From contig JBNRSN020000029.1 in assembly GCA_051313645.2 (NCBI GenBank), positions 49,972,001 through 50,036,000 of the forward strand: a stretch of DNA of 64,000 nucleotides, read 5' to 3'. Every line of letters begins with the position of its first letter. Within the stretch, counting starts at the first letter, position 1. The notes beneath the pieces are model-generated. The model searched no databases, was not told the DNA's origin, and saw only the letters and a list, made by a program, of their open reading frames with translations. Below are positions 10,747-20,859 of this stretch, piece after piece. The stretch comes from Centroscyllium fabricii. Lineage: Eukaryota. A program made the translations under genes and the position numbers.

Positions 10747-13122
10747 ATGCTGAAGGAGGGGATAATTGAAGCCAGCACCAGCCCCTGGCGCGCCCAAGTT
10801 GTAGTGGTGAAGTCTGGCGAGAAACAGCGGCTGGTTATCGATTACAGCCAGACTATCAACCGCTACACCGGGCTCGACACCTACCCCCTTCCCCGCATCT
10901 CAGACATGGTCAATCAGATCGCCCAGTACAAGGTGTTCTCTACGATCGACCTTAAATCGGCGTATCATCAGCTCCCGATTCGGAAAGCCGACTGCCCCTA
11001 CACCGCCTTCGAGGCGAACGGTCGGCTCTACCACTTCCTCTGGGTCCCCTTTGGCGTGACCAACGGAGTGTCAGTGTTCCAACGGGAGATGGACTGTATG
11101 GTTGACCAAAATGACTTGCAGGCCACTTTCCCTTACCTGGACAACGTGACCATCTGCGGCCACGACCAGCAGGACCACGATGCCAATCTGGCCAAATTTC
11201 TCGACACGGCGGCTAAGCTGGACCTTACGTATAACAAAGACAAATGCGTCTTTAATACAGACCGGCTCGCCATCCTCGGATACGTGGTGGAGAACAGGGT
11301 CCTCGGCCCCGACCCACAGCGTATGCGACCCCTGCAAGAACTGCCCCTACCTCACAACCCCAAAGCCTTGAGGAGATGTCTAGGATTTTTCTCCTATTAT
11401 GCACAATGGGTCCCACAGTTCGCAGATAAGGCTAGACCACTCCTCAAGGCTGCCGTCTTCCCCCTTTCTGTAGAAGCCCAAACGGCATTCGCAAGGATAA
11501 AGGAAGATATTATCAAAGCGACCATGCTCGCTGTTGATGAATCCATCCCTTTCCAGGTGGAGAGTGATGCTTCGGACTTTGCCCTTGCTGCCACCCTGAA
11601 TCAGGCAGGCAGGCCCGTAGCGTTTTTCTCCCGCACCTTACAGGGACCCGAAACTTGCCACTCAGCAGTGGAAAAGGAGGCCCAGGCCATCGTGGAGGCC
11701 GTGCGCTACTGGCGTCATTACCTGGCCGGTAAGCGTTTTACCCTGCTCACCGACCAACGGTCGGTGGCGTTTATGTTTAATAATAAACAACGGGGTAAAA
11801 TCAAGAATGATAAGATCCTGCGGTGGCGGATCGAACTCTCAACTTACGAGTATGACATTCTTTACCGACCAGGTAAACTCAATGAACCCCCGGACGCACT
11901 GTCCAGGGGAACGTGCGCCAGTGCCCAGCTAGACCGGCTGAAGGACCTCCACGACCGCCTTTGCCACCCGGGTGTCACCAGACTCGCCCACTTCGTCAAG
12001 TCCCGTAGCCTCCCCTACTCCATCACGGAGATCAAGGCTATGACCCGAGAGTGCCCGGTCTGCGTCGAGTGCAAACCCCACTTTTTCCGGCCAGACACGG
12101 CGCACCTCATCAAAAGCACCCGACCCTTTGAACGTCTCAGCGTGGACTTCAAAGGCCCCCTCCCTTCCACCGACCGCAACTCATACTTCCTCACGGTAGT
12201 GGATGAGTTCTCCCGCTTCCCCTTCGCCTTCCCCTGCGCAGATATGACGAGCGCAACGGTGATCAAACACTTCACCACGCTGTTCGCCATTTTCGGTCTC
12301 CCCAGCTACATCCATAGCGACCGGGGGTCATCGTTCATGAGCGATGAACTGCGCCAGTTTCTGCTCCAGAAAGGGGTTGCCACGAGCAGAACGACCAGTT
12401 ATAACCCCCGGGGGAACGGCCAGGTAGAAAGGGAGAATGGGATCATTTGGAAGGCGGTCACCCTGGCTCTCAAGTCCAGAGGCCTTCCAGTGTCCCATTG
12501 GCAGGCAGTCCTCCCAGACGCGCTGCACTCTATATGCTCTCTATTATGTACTGCTACTAACGCCACCCCGCACGATCTGATTTTCTCCTTCCACAGGAAA
12601 TCGACTTCGGGGACAGCTCTTCCTCCATGGCTGACGACTCCGGGGCCAGTTTTGCTTAGAAGACATGTCCGGAGCCACAAGACAGACCCCCTGGTGGACA
12701 AGGTACAGCTCCTACACGCAAACCCACACTATGCGTTCGTGCAGTTCCCGGACGGCCGTGAGGACACCATGTCCATCAGGGACCTGGCTCCCGCAGGAAG
12801 CACCACCGCAGAGCCACTGTATCCAGTGAACCCACCAGACACACGATGGCCCCCGAGTTTCCCCGAGCACCTGCAGTGGCCAGTACAGCACTACGACCCG
12901 GACGGCGGGGACCAGCCGGACCCATCGCCACCGGAAGCCACGGCACCCGATCAGCGGTCACCACCGGCAGATGCGAGTGGTACGAACCAGGAGGCACCAC
13001 CACCAACACCGGAATGCCGGCGGTCCTCCAGGCAGACACGACCGCCGGACAGACTGATCATGAACTGTTCGGCCCATTCACCCCCCCCCCCCCCCGGACT
13101 TAAAATTTTCAAGAAGGGGTGA
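10747..13122 (+). CDS. pol: Gypsy Pol (RT, RNase H, integrase)
   Basis: YLDN (YLDD variant), ESDASD, HHCC zinc motif, VDFKGP, HSDRG, NGQVERENG. Confidence 0.95.
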   Translation: MLKEGIIEASTSPWRAQVVVVKSGEKQRLVIDYSQTINRYTGLDTYPLPRISDMVNQIAQYKVFSTIDLKSAYHQLPIRKADCPYTAFEANGRLYHFLWVPFGVTNGVSVFQREMDCMVDQNDLQATFPYLDNVTICGHDQQDHDANLAKFLDTAAKLDLTYNKDKCVFNTDRLAILGYVVENRVLGPDPQRMRPLQELPLPHNPKALRRCLGFFSYYAQWVPQFADKARPLLKAAVFPLSVEAQTAFARIKEDIIKATMLAVDESIPFQVESDASDFALAATLNQAGRPVAFFSRTLQGPETCHSAVEKEAQAIVEAVRYWRHYLAGKRFTLLTDQRSVAFMFNNKQRGKIKNDKILRWRIELSTYEYDILYRPGKLNEPPDALSRGTCASAQLDRLKDLHDRLCHPGVTRLAHFVKSRSLPYSITEIKAMTRECPVCVECKPHFFRPDTAHLIKSTRPFERLSVDFKGPLPSTDRNSYFLTVVDEFSRFPFAFPCADMTSATVIKHFTTLFAIFGLPSYIHSDRGSSFMSDELRQFLLQKGVATSRTTSYNPRGNGQVERENGIIWKAVTLALKSRGLPVSHWQAVLPDALHSICSLLCTATNATPHDLIFSFHRKSTSGTALPPWLTTPGPVLLRRHVRSHKTDPLVDKVQLLHANPHYAFVQFPDGREDTMSIRDLAPAGSTTAEPLYPVNPPDTRWPPSFPEHLQWPVQHYDPDGGDQPDPSPPEATAPDQRSPPADASGTNQEAPPPTPECRRSSRQTRPPDRLIMNCSAHSPPPPPGLKIFKKG

Positions 13123-13419
13123 ATGTGGTAACCCTTTTATGTAACCGTTTTACCACTGTATTATTGTGACAATAATGGGCTGTGCAGATGTAAGGCACAG
13201 CCCTGTATACTGTGTAATACTATTGGGAGCCAGGTCAGCCACACCTCCAACTCCTCCCCCAGGTGAGGCCCTTTATAGGTGGAAACTGACCGAGGCTCCT
13301 CATTCCTGTACAGAAGTTCGTTCCGGAGGGTAGCTCCGTTCTTAGCGATTAAAAGCCTTTAGTTTCGGTAACGACTCGTCGACTCTTTTAATCTGAGGTA
13401 TTGACGATACGTCACAACC

Positions 13420-13840
13420 TTTATTGTTTCTGTATTCATTATTGCATGTGATGGATGGATGGATGTTTGGGTGGGACCATGTTCATCAAAGAAATGTGTG
13501 GTGCGTCAGGGGCATGGGTGCATGCGTGAGCGCAGAAAGCAGTCACAGGCACTTGGCAGCCCCAGAAGCACGCTCCCCCAACCACCCCCCCCCCCACCCC
13601 ACACAGATGTCGTTACAATAGTGGGACTCATGCAGGTATGAGCTGTGGAACTGATTGGAGTGTGTCAGTGAGGATGCGCTGTTAGGATGAGGAGAGTAGC
13701 ACAAGCTGGCTTGAGTAGGCTAAGAAAATCTTGCAAGGATGAGCTCCATCCTTGCTTGCCGGCCAGCAACTGTCTCGCGTAATGGTGGTGCTGGCTGGGG
13801 TCGAGCGGCACCAACCCCGTCCTCATCCTCCTCTACCTCC

Positions 13841-13875
<35 letters not shown>

Positions 13876-15505
13876 CTCCTCCTCATCTGAGGACAGTATG
13901 CGAGGAGGCAGGTCTTGGTCAGGAGGTTGCAAGCCACGGCGCTGTGCCATGTTGTGAAGTTGACAGCAAACCACTGCCATTCTGGAGACCCTGGGTGGGG
14001 TGTATTGCAGGGCTACACCTGATCTGTCCAAGCATCTGAAACGCATCTTGAGCAAGCCGATGGTGTGCTCTATAATGCTTCTGGTGGAGATGTGTGTGGA
14101 GTTGTAGTTCTCCTCAGCCTCATTGGCTGGCCTCCTGACCGGCGTCATGAGCCAAATCCTGAGGGGATAGCCCTTGTCTCCAAGTAGCCACCCCGGAAGC
14201 TGGTCCGGCGGTGTGAAGAGCATAGGCAAGGTTGATTGGCGCAGGACAAAGGAGTCATGGCAGCTGCCAGGGTACCTGGCACACATATGCAAAATCTCCT
14301 TGTTGTGGTCACACACCAGTTGAACATTGAGTGAATGGAAGCCCTTGCGGTTGAGAAAAGCTACTGGGTTGTCGTTGGGTGCCCTAAGGGCCACATGGGT
14401 GCAGTCAATGATGCCCTGTACCCTTGGGAAGCCTGCCAGACAAGCCATTCCAATCGCTCGGGCCCTCACACTTGCGCGATCCGTGGTAAAATGGATGAAA
14501 TTGTGGGCACGGGCAAAGAGGGCATCGGTTACCTGGGTGATGCAGGAGTGTGCGGCCGACTGGGAGATTCCGCTGATGTCGGCTGCTGATCCCTGGAATG
14601 AGCCCGAGGCAAAGAAGTTGAGTGCGGTGGTGACTTTGAGGGCCACTGGTAAGGCATGTCTACATGGTGTCCTGGGCTCCAGCTCTTGCTGCAACATGGC
14701 GCAGATGTCTGCGACTGCCTCTCGGGAAAGTCGGAGTCGCCTTTGGCACCGCCGCTCACTCATGTTGAGGTAGGTGGCTCGGACTCTGTCGACCCTGTTT
14801 GGGGGGAATCTTCTGTGGCGACGGCCTTCGATGCGCCGATGCCTTCTGGCCCATGCTGCCCCGGAGGGTCCGCAGGAGCGTCAGGCTCCTGGTGTGGCTG
14901 CTGCTGTTGCTGCTGTAGCCGCATCTGCTCCTGGTAGAGATCATGCAATCGCAAGAAGGGAAGGAAGAAAATGGCTCCCATGGCTGTGCTGGCAGCCTCG
15001 GCTGAGGAAGCACTGACTGAGGGGGGAAGTGAGAGGGCTTTCCCAGGTCACACTGCAGAAGTGTTTAAGGATTCAACCTTCCACGGGTGTGCTGAAGCCT
15101 GTTGCAAATATCCCCTGAGAGAACAATGTGTTTGCGGAAGCGAATGATGGCTGATTAAATGTGAGCCTTCATTGAGTGACCGGACACAGATACTCAGCAG
15201 TCCCACTGAGTTCACAAAAGGGTTTCACCTGACGGGGTTTATCTTGGCGGGTTTTGTGCGTGAAACACCTGAAAATTGCTAAAGGCCCTTAAAATGGGAT
15301 TACAGATGCCAATTAAGGGCCCTTAACGACCTTAACAAGCATCCCCGCCGGGCGCCGGCGGGAAAGATTCGGGGCGGGAAAAAAGGCCGCCCAAAAATTC
15401 AAATCCGGCGGGGAATGGGCGGGCTTGGGCGGGAACCAAAATTTTCTAATTTTCATCTCCTGCCCGCCCAAAACCCCGCCTCACGGGGACATGAAAATTC
15501 CCCCC
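13420..15505 (-). mobile_element. Harbinger transposon; other end unresolved, probably continuing left of the Gypsy insertion
   Basis: Transposase plus terminal ..CATGAAAATTCCCCCC; Gypsy A sits beside its minus-strand polyA signal (tttatt at 13420). Confidence 0.75.
13720..14981 (-). CDS. PIF/Harbinger DDE transposase (HARBI1-like); main ORF 13720-14763, N-terminus frameshifted
   Basis: [43 protein letters not shown] motifs and an acidic poly-E tail. Confidence 0.92.
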
Positions 15506-15508
15506 CAT

Positions 15509-16344
15509 GGGGGGAATTTTCATGATCCCATGAGGCGGGGTTTTCGGCAGCCCGGCCGGCAAAATAGCGGAACCGGCGGGTCCCGCCCCTCCCCGCCAGA
15601 TCCCCGCCGGTTTCTCATCTTCCACACCCAGATTCCCCGCCCCGAAACCTTCCCGCCGCCAACCGGCGGGGATGGGTTGTCATCTCGTTAAGGGCCCTTA
15701 ATTGGCAACTTTAATGCCATTTTAAGGGCCCTCAGCCATTTTGCCGTGTTTTCCGCCCTAACCCTGCCACCTTAAACCCCGTTGGGTGAAACCCAGCGGG
15801 AGCAGAGTGCTGGTTATAACTTCTGGACTATAACCTGGTGTTGTCTGACTTCCTGAATTTCTTACTTTCTCCTTTAAAGTGTGAAGGACATGCTGCCAAA
15901 TGCTTGGCATGCCTCCAGCACCTTAGAGGAGATAGTAACTCTGTTCTCCCTTCAGTATCAGCTCTGACCAGAAACTGAGCAATCTCAGTTCTCACAATTG
16001 CCTCACAGCTCGGACCAGCTGTGAGCGATTCGGAGCCCGCCCACCCACCTGTCAGTCACCAGCACTTGCCCTTTCCCATTGGCTCCACTCCACTGTGATG
16101 TCACAGTGGAGTGTTGCCATGGGAACTGACAACAACCAGTGCTGGAACTGTGAATCAAAGTGCTCGCAGCTCCGCTGCAGCCCAACTCGATTCACCTAAT
16201 TACTTCCCGCTCCCGCCGACGGGGATTTAACAACCTCATTAACCTAAAATTGCGTGGCCTTCCCAGCTGGATGGACGGGCGGGACCGGAAGCCGCCCAGA
16301 CCAATCCCCGCCAGGTTCCCGCCCTTCCGGAAAAATTCCCCTCC
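15509..16344. mobile_element. Non-autonomous Harbinger element
   Basis: Begins GGGGGGAATTTTC and ends GAAAAATTCCCCTCC; subterminal sequence is inverted-similar to 15240-15505. Confidence 0.6.
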
Positions 16345-17334
16345 TTGTGTGGGAATTACCAAATTCCTATGAAAAAACTGAGATCCACACAGGAGCACAC
16401 TCAAACAGGTCTTTACTTAAAGAAATCGCTGCAGGGACTGCCTGGGCAGCCCCGTGGTTGACGACGTGACGTCATCACGTTTGCCCGCATTTTCCCGTGC
16501 CCTTAAAGGGGCCACGCCCCGTATATACAAACACTATATACAAAACACAGTAATGCCTAACACAATGGTACATAGGCTGGTGTTAGGACATCGTTAAAGG
16601 GAATTATATACAGTTAGCCAGAGTCATTCAGTGGTACAGTAGCATAATTAATCTGCATGAGGTACCATATGAATGGCTAATAGAATCACTAGTGGGCTGC
16701 TAATTTTTACATAGAAGTTACAGCCCAGAAACAGCCCATCCAGTCCAACTGGTCCACGCCGGTGATTATGCTCCACGCGAGCCTCCTCCCACTCGACTTC
16801 ATTTCACCCTGCCAGCATATCCTTCGATTCCTTTCTCCCTCATGTACTTAGCTAGCTTCCTTTGAAATGCCTGTATTCAGATGAGATGTTAAACCCATGG
16901 CCCGTCTGCCCTCTCAGGTGGATGGGAAAGATCCCACGGCTACTGTTTCGAAGCAGAGCAGGGTGAGTTCTCCCCGGTGCCGTGGGCCGACATTTATCCC
17001 TCAACCAACAGCTAAAACAGATTATCTGGTCTTTGCTGGTTTTTGGGATCTTGCTGTGTGCAGATCGGCTGTCGCGTTTCCGACATGACAACAGCGACTA
17101 CACTTCAAATAACAAAGTACTTAATTGGTGGTGAAGCATTTTGGGGCATCCAGAGGTGTATAATTGCAAGTTCTTTATTTTCTGGATCAGGACATGAGGG
17201 GAGAAAGCCAGAATATTATTTTATTTTTAACTATATCACGGGCTGTTACTCACCCCCCACCCCTCCCGCAATGACCGACTGACCGTTGTCGCCCTCAGAT
17301 CTGGCAGTGCGGTGGGCAGCTTGAGCTCGTGCCC

Positions 17335-17768
17335 TGCTCTGTCCTTTCCCCCTCTGGGACTGGGCGATGCAGTGGGTCAGATACTGTCCTTTCCCCCTCT
17401 GGGACTGGGTGGTGAGGTGGGTCAGACACTGTCCTTTCCTGCTCTGAGACTGGACGGTGCAGTGGGTCAGACACTGTCCTTTCCCCCTCTGGGACTGGGT
17501 GGTGAGGTGGGTCAGACACTGTCCTTTCCTGCTCTGGGACTGGGTGGTGCAGTGGGTCAGACACTGTCCTTTCCCCCTCTGGGACTGGGTGGTGAGGTGG
17601 GTCAGACACTGTCCTTTCCTGCTCTGGGACTGGGTGGTGCAGTGGGTCAGACACTGTCCTTTCACCCTCTGGGACTGGGTGGTGCAATGAGTCAGACACT
17701 GTCCTTTCACCCTCTGAGACTGGGCGGTGCAGTGGGTCAGACACTGTCCTTTCACCCTCTGGGACTGT
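17335..17768. repeat. 39-bp minisatellite, about 11 copies
   Basis: Unit GGGACTGGGTGGTG(CA/AG)GTGGGTCAGACACTGTCCTTTCC(CC/TG)CTCT; the length is a multiple of 3 and two minus frames are open. Confidence 0.95.
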
Positions 17769-18309
17769 CTTTTCTGCTCTGAGATTGGTACATGTTGCAA
17801 AGAGACCAAATAAATAAGAGAAGCACACATCAGTGTTTCAACTTAGACCCAACAGGGGAATTTTCAAAGGCCAGCTTATCGGAAATTCCCCGGGCCCGAT
17901 CCTTAGACCAGGGTCTGATGGTAATTGGAGCCTGTCTTATTGCTACCCACCACCAACGCCCCCTCCCCCATCCCCAGCTGTTGCATTTGACCCAAAATGC
18001 CATCAAGAGCAGGAGTGCAGTGTGTCTGTTGACACCACTGTGTCAGCCAGTGAGTTCGGGGCGGGGCGGAACTCACGGCAGGACTCACAGCAAACCGTCT
18101 ATTTATAGCAAACAAGGTCTGTGTATGTAAATAGCCAACGACAGCAAACAGTCTACAGAGTCTATTTAAAAAGAGTCTATCTGCCAACTACAGCAAACAG
18201 AACTCATGGCCTAAACTCAAGCAACATCTCCTGATAAAAGCAATGAGTGGACGATAGTTACATACAAATATTGTGCGTAAAATCAGTCCCAGTCACTTAC
18301 AGTCACTGA

Positions 18310-19157
18310 TACCTAGGATGGCAGGAACGCCGTATGAGGAGAGATTGATTCGATTTGGCTTATATTCGCTAGAGTTTAGAAGAACGAGAGGGGATCTCAT
18401 TGAAACATAAAATTCTAACAGGACTAGACAGACTAGATGCAGGAAGGATGTTCCCGATGGCCGGGGAGTCCAGAACCAGGGGTCACAGTCTAAGGATAAG
18501 GGGTAAGCCATTTAGGACAGAGATGAGGAGGAATTTCTTCACCCAGAGAGTGGTGAACCTGTGGAATTCTCTACCACAGAAGGTAGTTGGGGCCAATTCA
18601 TTAAATATATTCAAGAAGGAGTTAGATATATTTTTTACGACACGGTGGCGCAGTGGTTAGCACTGCTGCCTCGCAATAAGGAGCTCCTGGGTTCGAATCC
18701 TGCTTGGCCCGGGACCTCTCTGCGTGGAGTTTGCATGTTCTCCCCGTGTTCGTGTGGGTTTCCTCTGGGTACTCCGGTTTCCTCCCACCACCCAAAGACA
18801 TGCAGGTTAGGTGAATGGGAAAAACTTAAAAAAATTGCCCATGAGTATGTGTGTGAGATATAGTTCTTAGAGTTGGGGGGTATATGGGGAGAGGGTAGGA
18901 GGGGGGGTGCTGGGTTTGGATGATCAGCCATGATCTCATCAAAATGGCGGAGCAGGCTCGAAGGGCCGAATGGCCTACTCCTGCGCCTATCTTCTGTGTT
19001 TCGGTGTTTCTGTGTTAAGGCTAAAGGGATCAAGGGATATGGGGAGAAAGCAGGGACAGGGTACTGAATTTGGATGATCAGCCATGATCTCATTGAATGG
19101 TGGAGCAGGCTCGAGGGGCCAAATGGCCTACTCCTGCTCCTATCTTCTATGTTTCTA
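18310..19157 (+). mobile_element. CR1 3' fragment with nested HE1-like tRNA SINE (about 18638-19012)
   Basis: CR1 peptide; SINE head CACGGTGGCGCAGTGGTTAGCACTGCTGCC..GGTTCGAATCC with a CR1-derived tail. Confidence 0.85.
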
Positions 19158-19184
19158 CAGCAGGCGTGATTGACAGGGGAGCAG

Positions 19185-19765
19185 AGCTCTGGTTAGACCC
19201 CATCTGGAGTAACTGCATCCAGTTCTGGGCACCGCACCGCAGGAAGGATATATTGGCCTCGGAGGGGGTGCAGCGCGGATTCACCAGAATGATTCCGGGA
19301 GCTAAAAGGGTTAAATTATGAGGACAGGTTGCACAGACTAGCCTTGTATTCGCCTGAATGTGAAAGATTAAGGGGTGTTCTAACAGATGTTTTTAAGGTG
19401 ATTAAAGGATTTGATAGGTGGAGAGAATCTATTTCCTATAGTGAGGGAGAGTGCAGACCAAGGGCGGCTTATCCTTGAAATTAGAGCCAGGCCGTTCAGG
19501 GGTGATGTCAGGAAGCACTTCCTCACACAAAGGGGAATGGAAAACTCGAACTCTCTCCCCCCAAAAGCTGCTGAGGCCTGGTCAGGAGGGCGGGGTCAAT
19601 TGAAAATTACAAAACCGAAGATTGATTGATTTTTGTTATGCAAGGGTATTAAGGGATACGGCACCAAAGCGGGTAGACGGAGTTAAGATACTGATCAGCC
19701 ACCGATTGATCTAATTGAATGGCGGAACAGGGGCGAGGGGCTGAATGGCCTGTTCCTATCTTCCC
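19185..19765 (+). mobile_element. Degenerate CR1 3' fragment
   Basis: NCIQFWAPHRRKDILASEGVQRGFTRMIPG. Confidence 0.8.
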
Positions 19766-20119
19766 AATTACCCAGTGATCTCCATTCCGGCCAGGAATCG
19801 CGGTGTCACTACATGCAGCACCCCCGTGTGAGTGTTCGGGGGAGCTGGCTGATGCGGTACTCGTCCCCCCCTCCCCCCCCACGCACTACAGGTTATGATA
19901 CAGAACCCTGCGCCGGGCCTGTGTGTGTGTGTGAGGGGCGACCATGTGAGGATGACTCTGTGTGACCCGTCCGACAAGCGACAACGCTGGATCTTCATCA
20001 GGGAAAGGGCCGAGTGAGACACTTTCCTGTCGCTGTCTGCGCAACACGCCCTGCTGTGTCGTGTGTGCATGTTAGTGTGTGTGAAGAGGGAGATGATTCT
20101 TTCGGCGCCGGTGAAGCTG

Positions 20120-20413
20120 AGGGCTGCCATCTTTGGTTGGATGCATTCCTGCAGGTTTCATCACATGACCTTTCTGCCTCCAACCGCCCCGCCCTCCGCA
20201 CTCCCGCCATTGGTCACCCGGAACGTCCAATCGCGCGGCGCCCCACCTTCCCACAGCCAATCGAAAAGTGAACACTCTTCATTACCCGAATGGACGAGTC
20301 TTGACTGTCAGAATTTCCCATGACCAATAAACAGGAAACTCTCGATTTACCGGCACCTAAATAACCGGAAATTTCTGTTAACTGGCAAAACTCACGAGTA
20401 GGTTCAGGTAAGT
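20120..20413. promoter_or_regulatory. CpG-rich, possibly bidirectional promoter with a + strand first-exon donor
   Basis: CCAAT boxes at 20209 (minus), 20227, 20257 and 20324; GC box at 20187; CCGGAA at 20218 and 20365; YY1-like GCCATCTT at 20126; CAG|GTAAGT donor at 20407/20408. Confidence 0.65.
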
Positions 20414-20859
20414 TTTACTTCATATTAGTGGCTGTTCCTGGATCTGTGGCCGTGTAACCGGGGTTCCTGCACCTGTTGCTATTCAACAGGGACACTTGGT
20501 CTGTGTCTGGGTTTTTTTTAATTCGTTGATGGGATGTGGGCGTGGCTGGCTGGCTAGGCCTGCATTTAGTGCCCATCCCTAACTGCCCTTGAGAAGATGG
20601 TGGTGAGCCGCCTTCTTGAACCGCTGCAGTCCATATGGTGTAGGTACACCCACAATGTTGCGTAGCGGTTGTTTACAACTGAGTGGCTTACTAGGCCATT
20701 TCAGAGGGCATTCAGAGTAAACCACATAGCTGTGGGTCTGGAGTCACATGTAGGCCAGATCAGGTAAGGCCGGCAGATTTCCTTCCCTAAAGGACATTAG
20801 TGAACCAGGTGGGTTTTTGCAACAATCGACAATGGTATCATAGTCGCCATTACTAAGAC

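Larger units (their letters stand above)
8610..13414 (+). mobile_element. Full-length Gypsy LTR retrotransposon (family A)
   Basis: 291-bp LTRs 8610-8900 and 13124-13414 (3 mismatches seen); 5-bp TSD CAACC; PPT AAGAAGGGGTGAA; gag-PR-RT-RH-IN order. Confidence 0.97.

Noticed and set aside
13720-14763. Domesticated HARBI1 gene
   Set aside because: Intronless, frameshifted at the N-terminus and flanked by a TIR, so a transposon copy
16346-16545. Possible solo LTR with TGACGTCA
   Set aside because: No matching TSD or clear second terminus found
18640-18710. tRNA gene
   Set aside because: It is the tRNA-derived head of an HE1-like SINE with a CR1 tail and no complete cloverleaf
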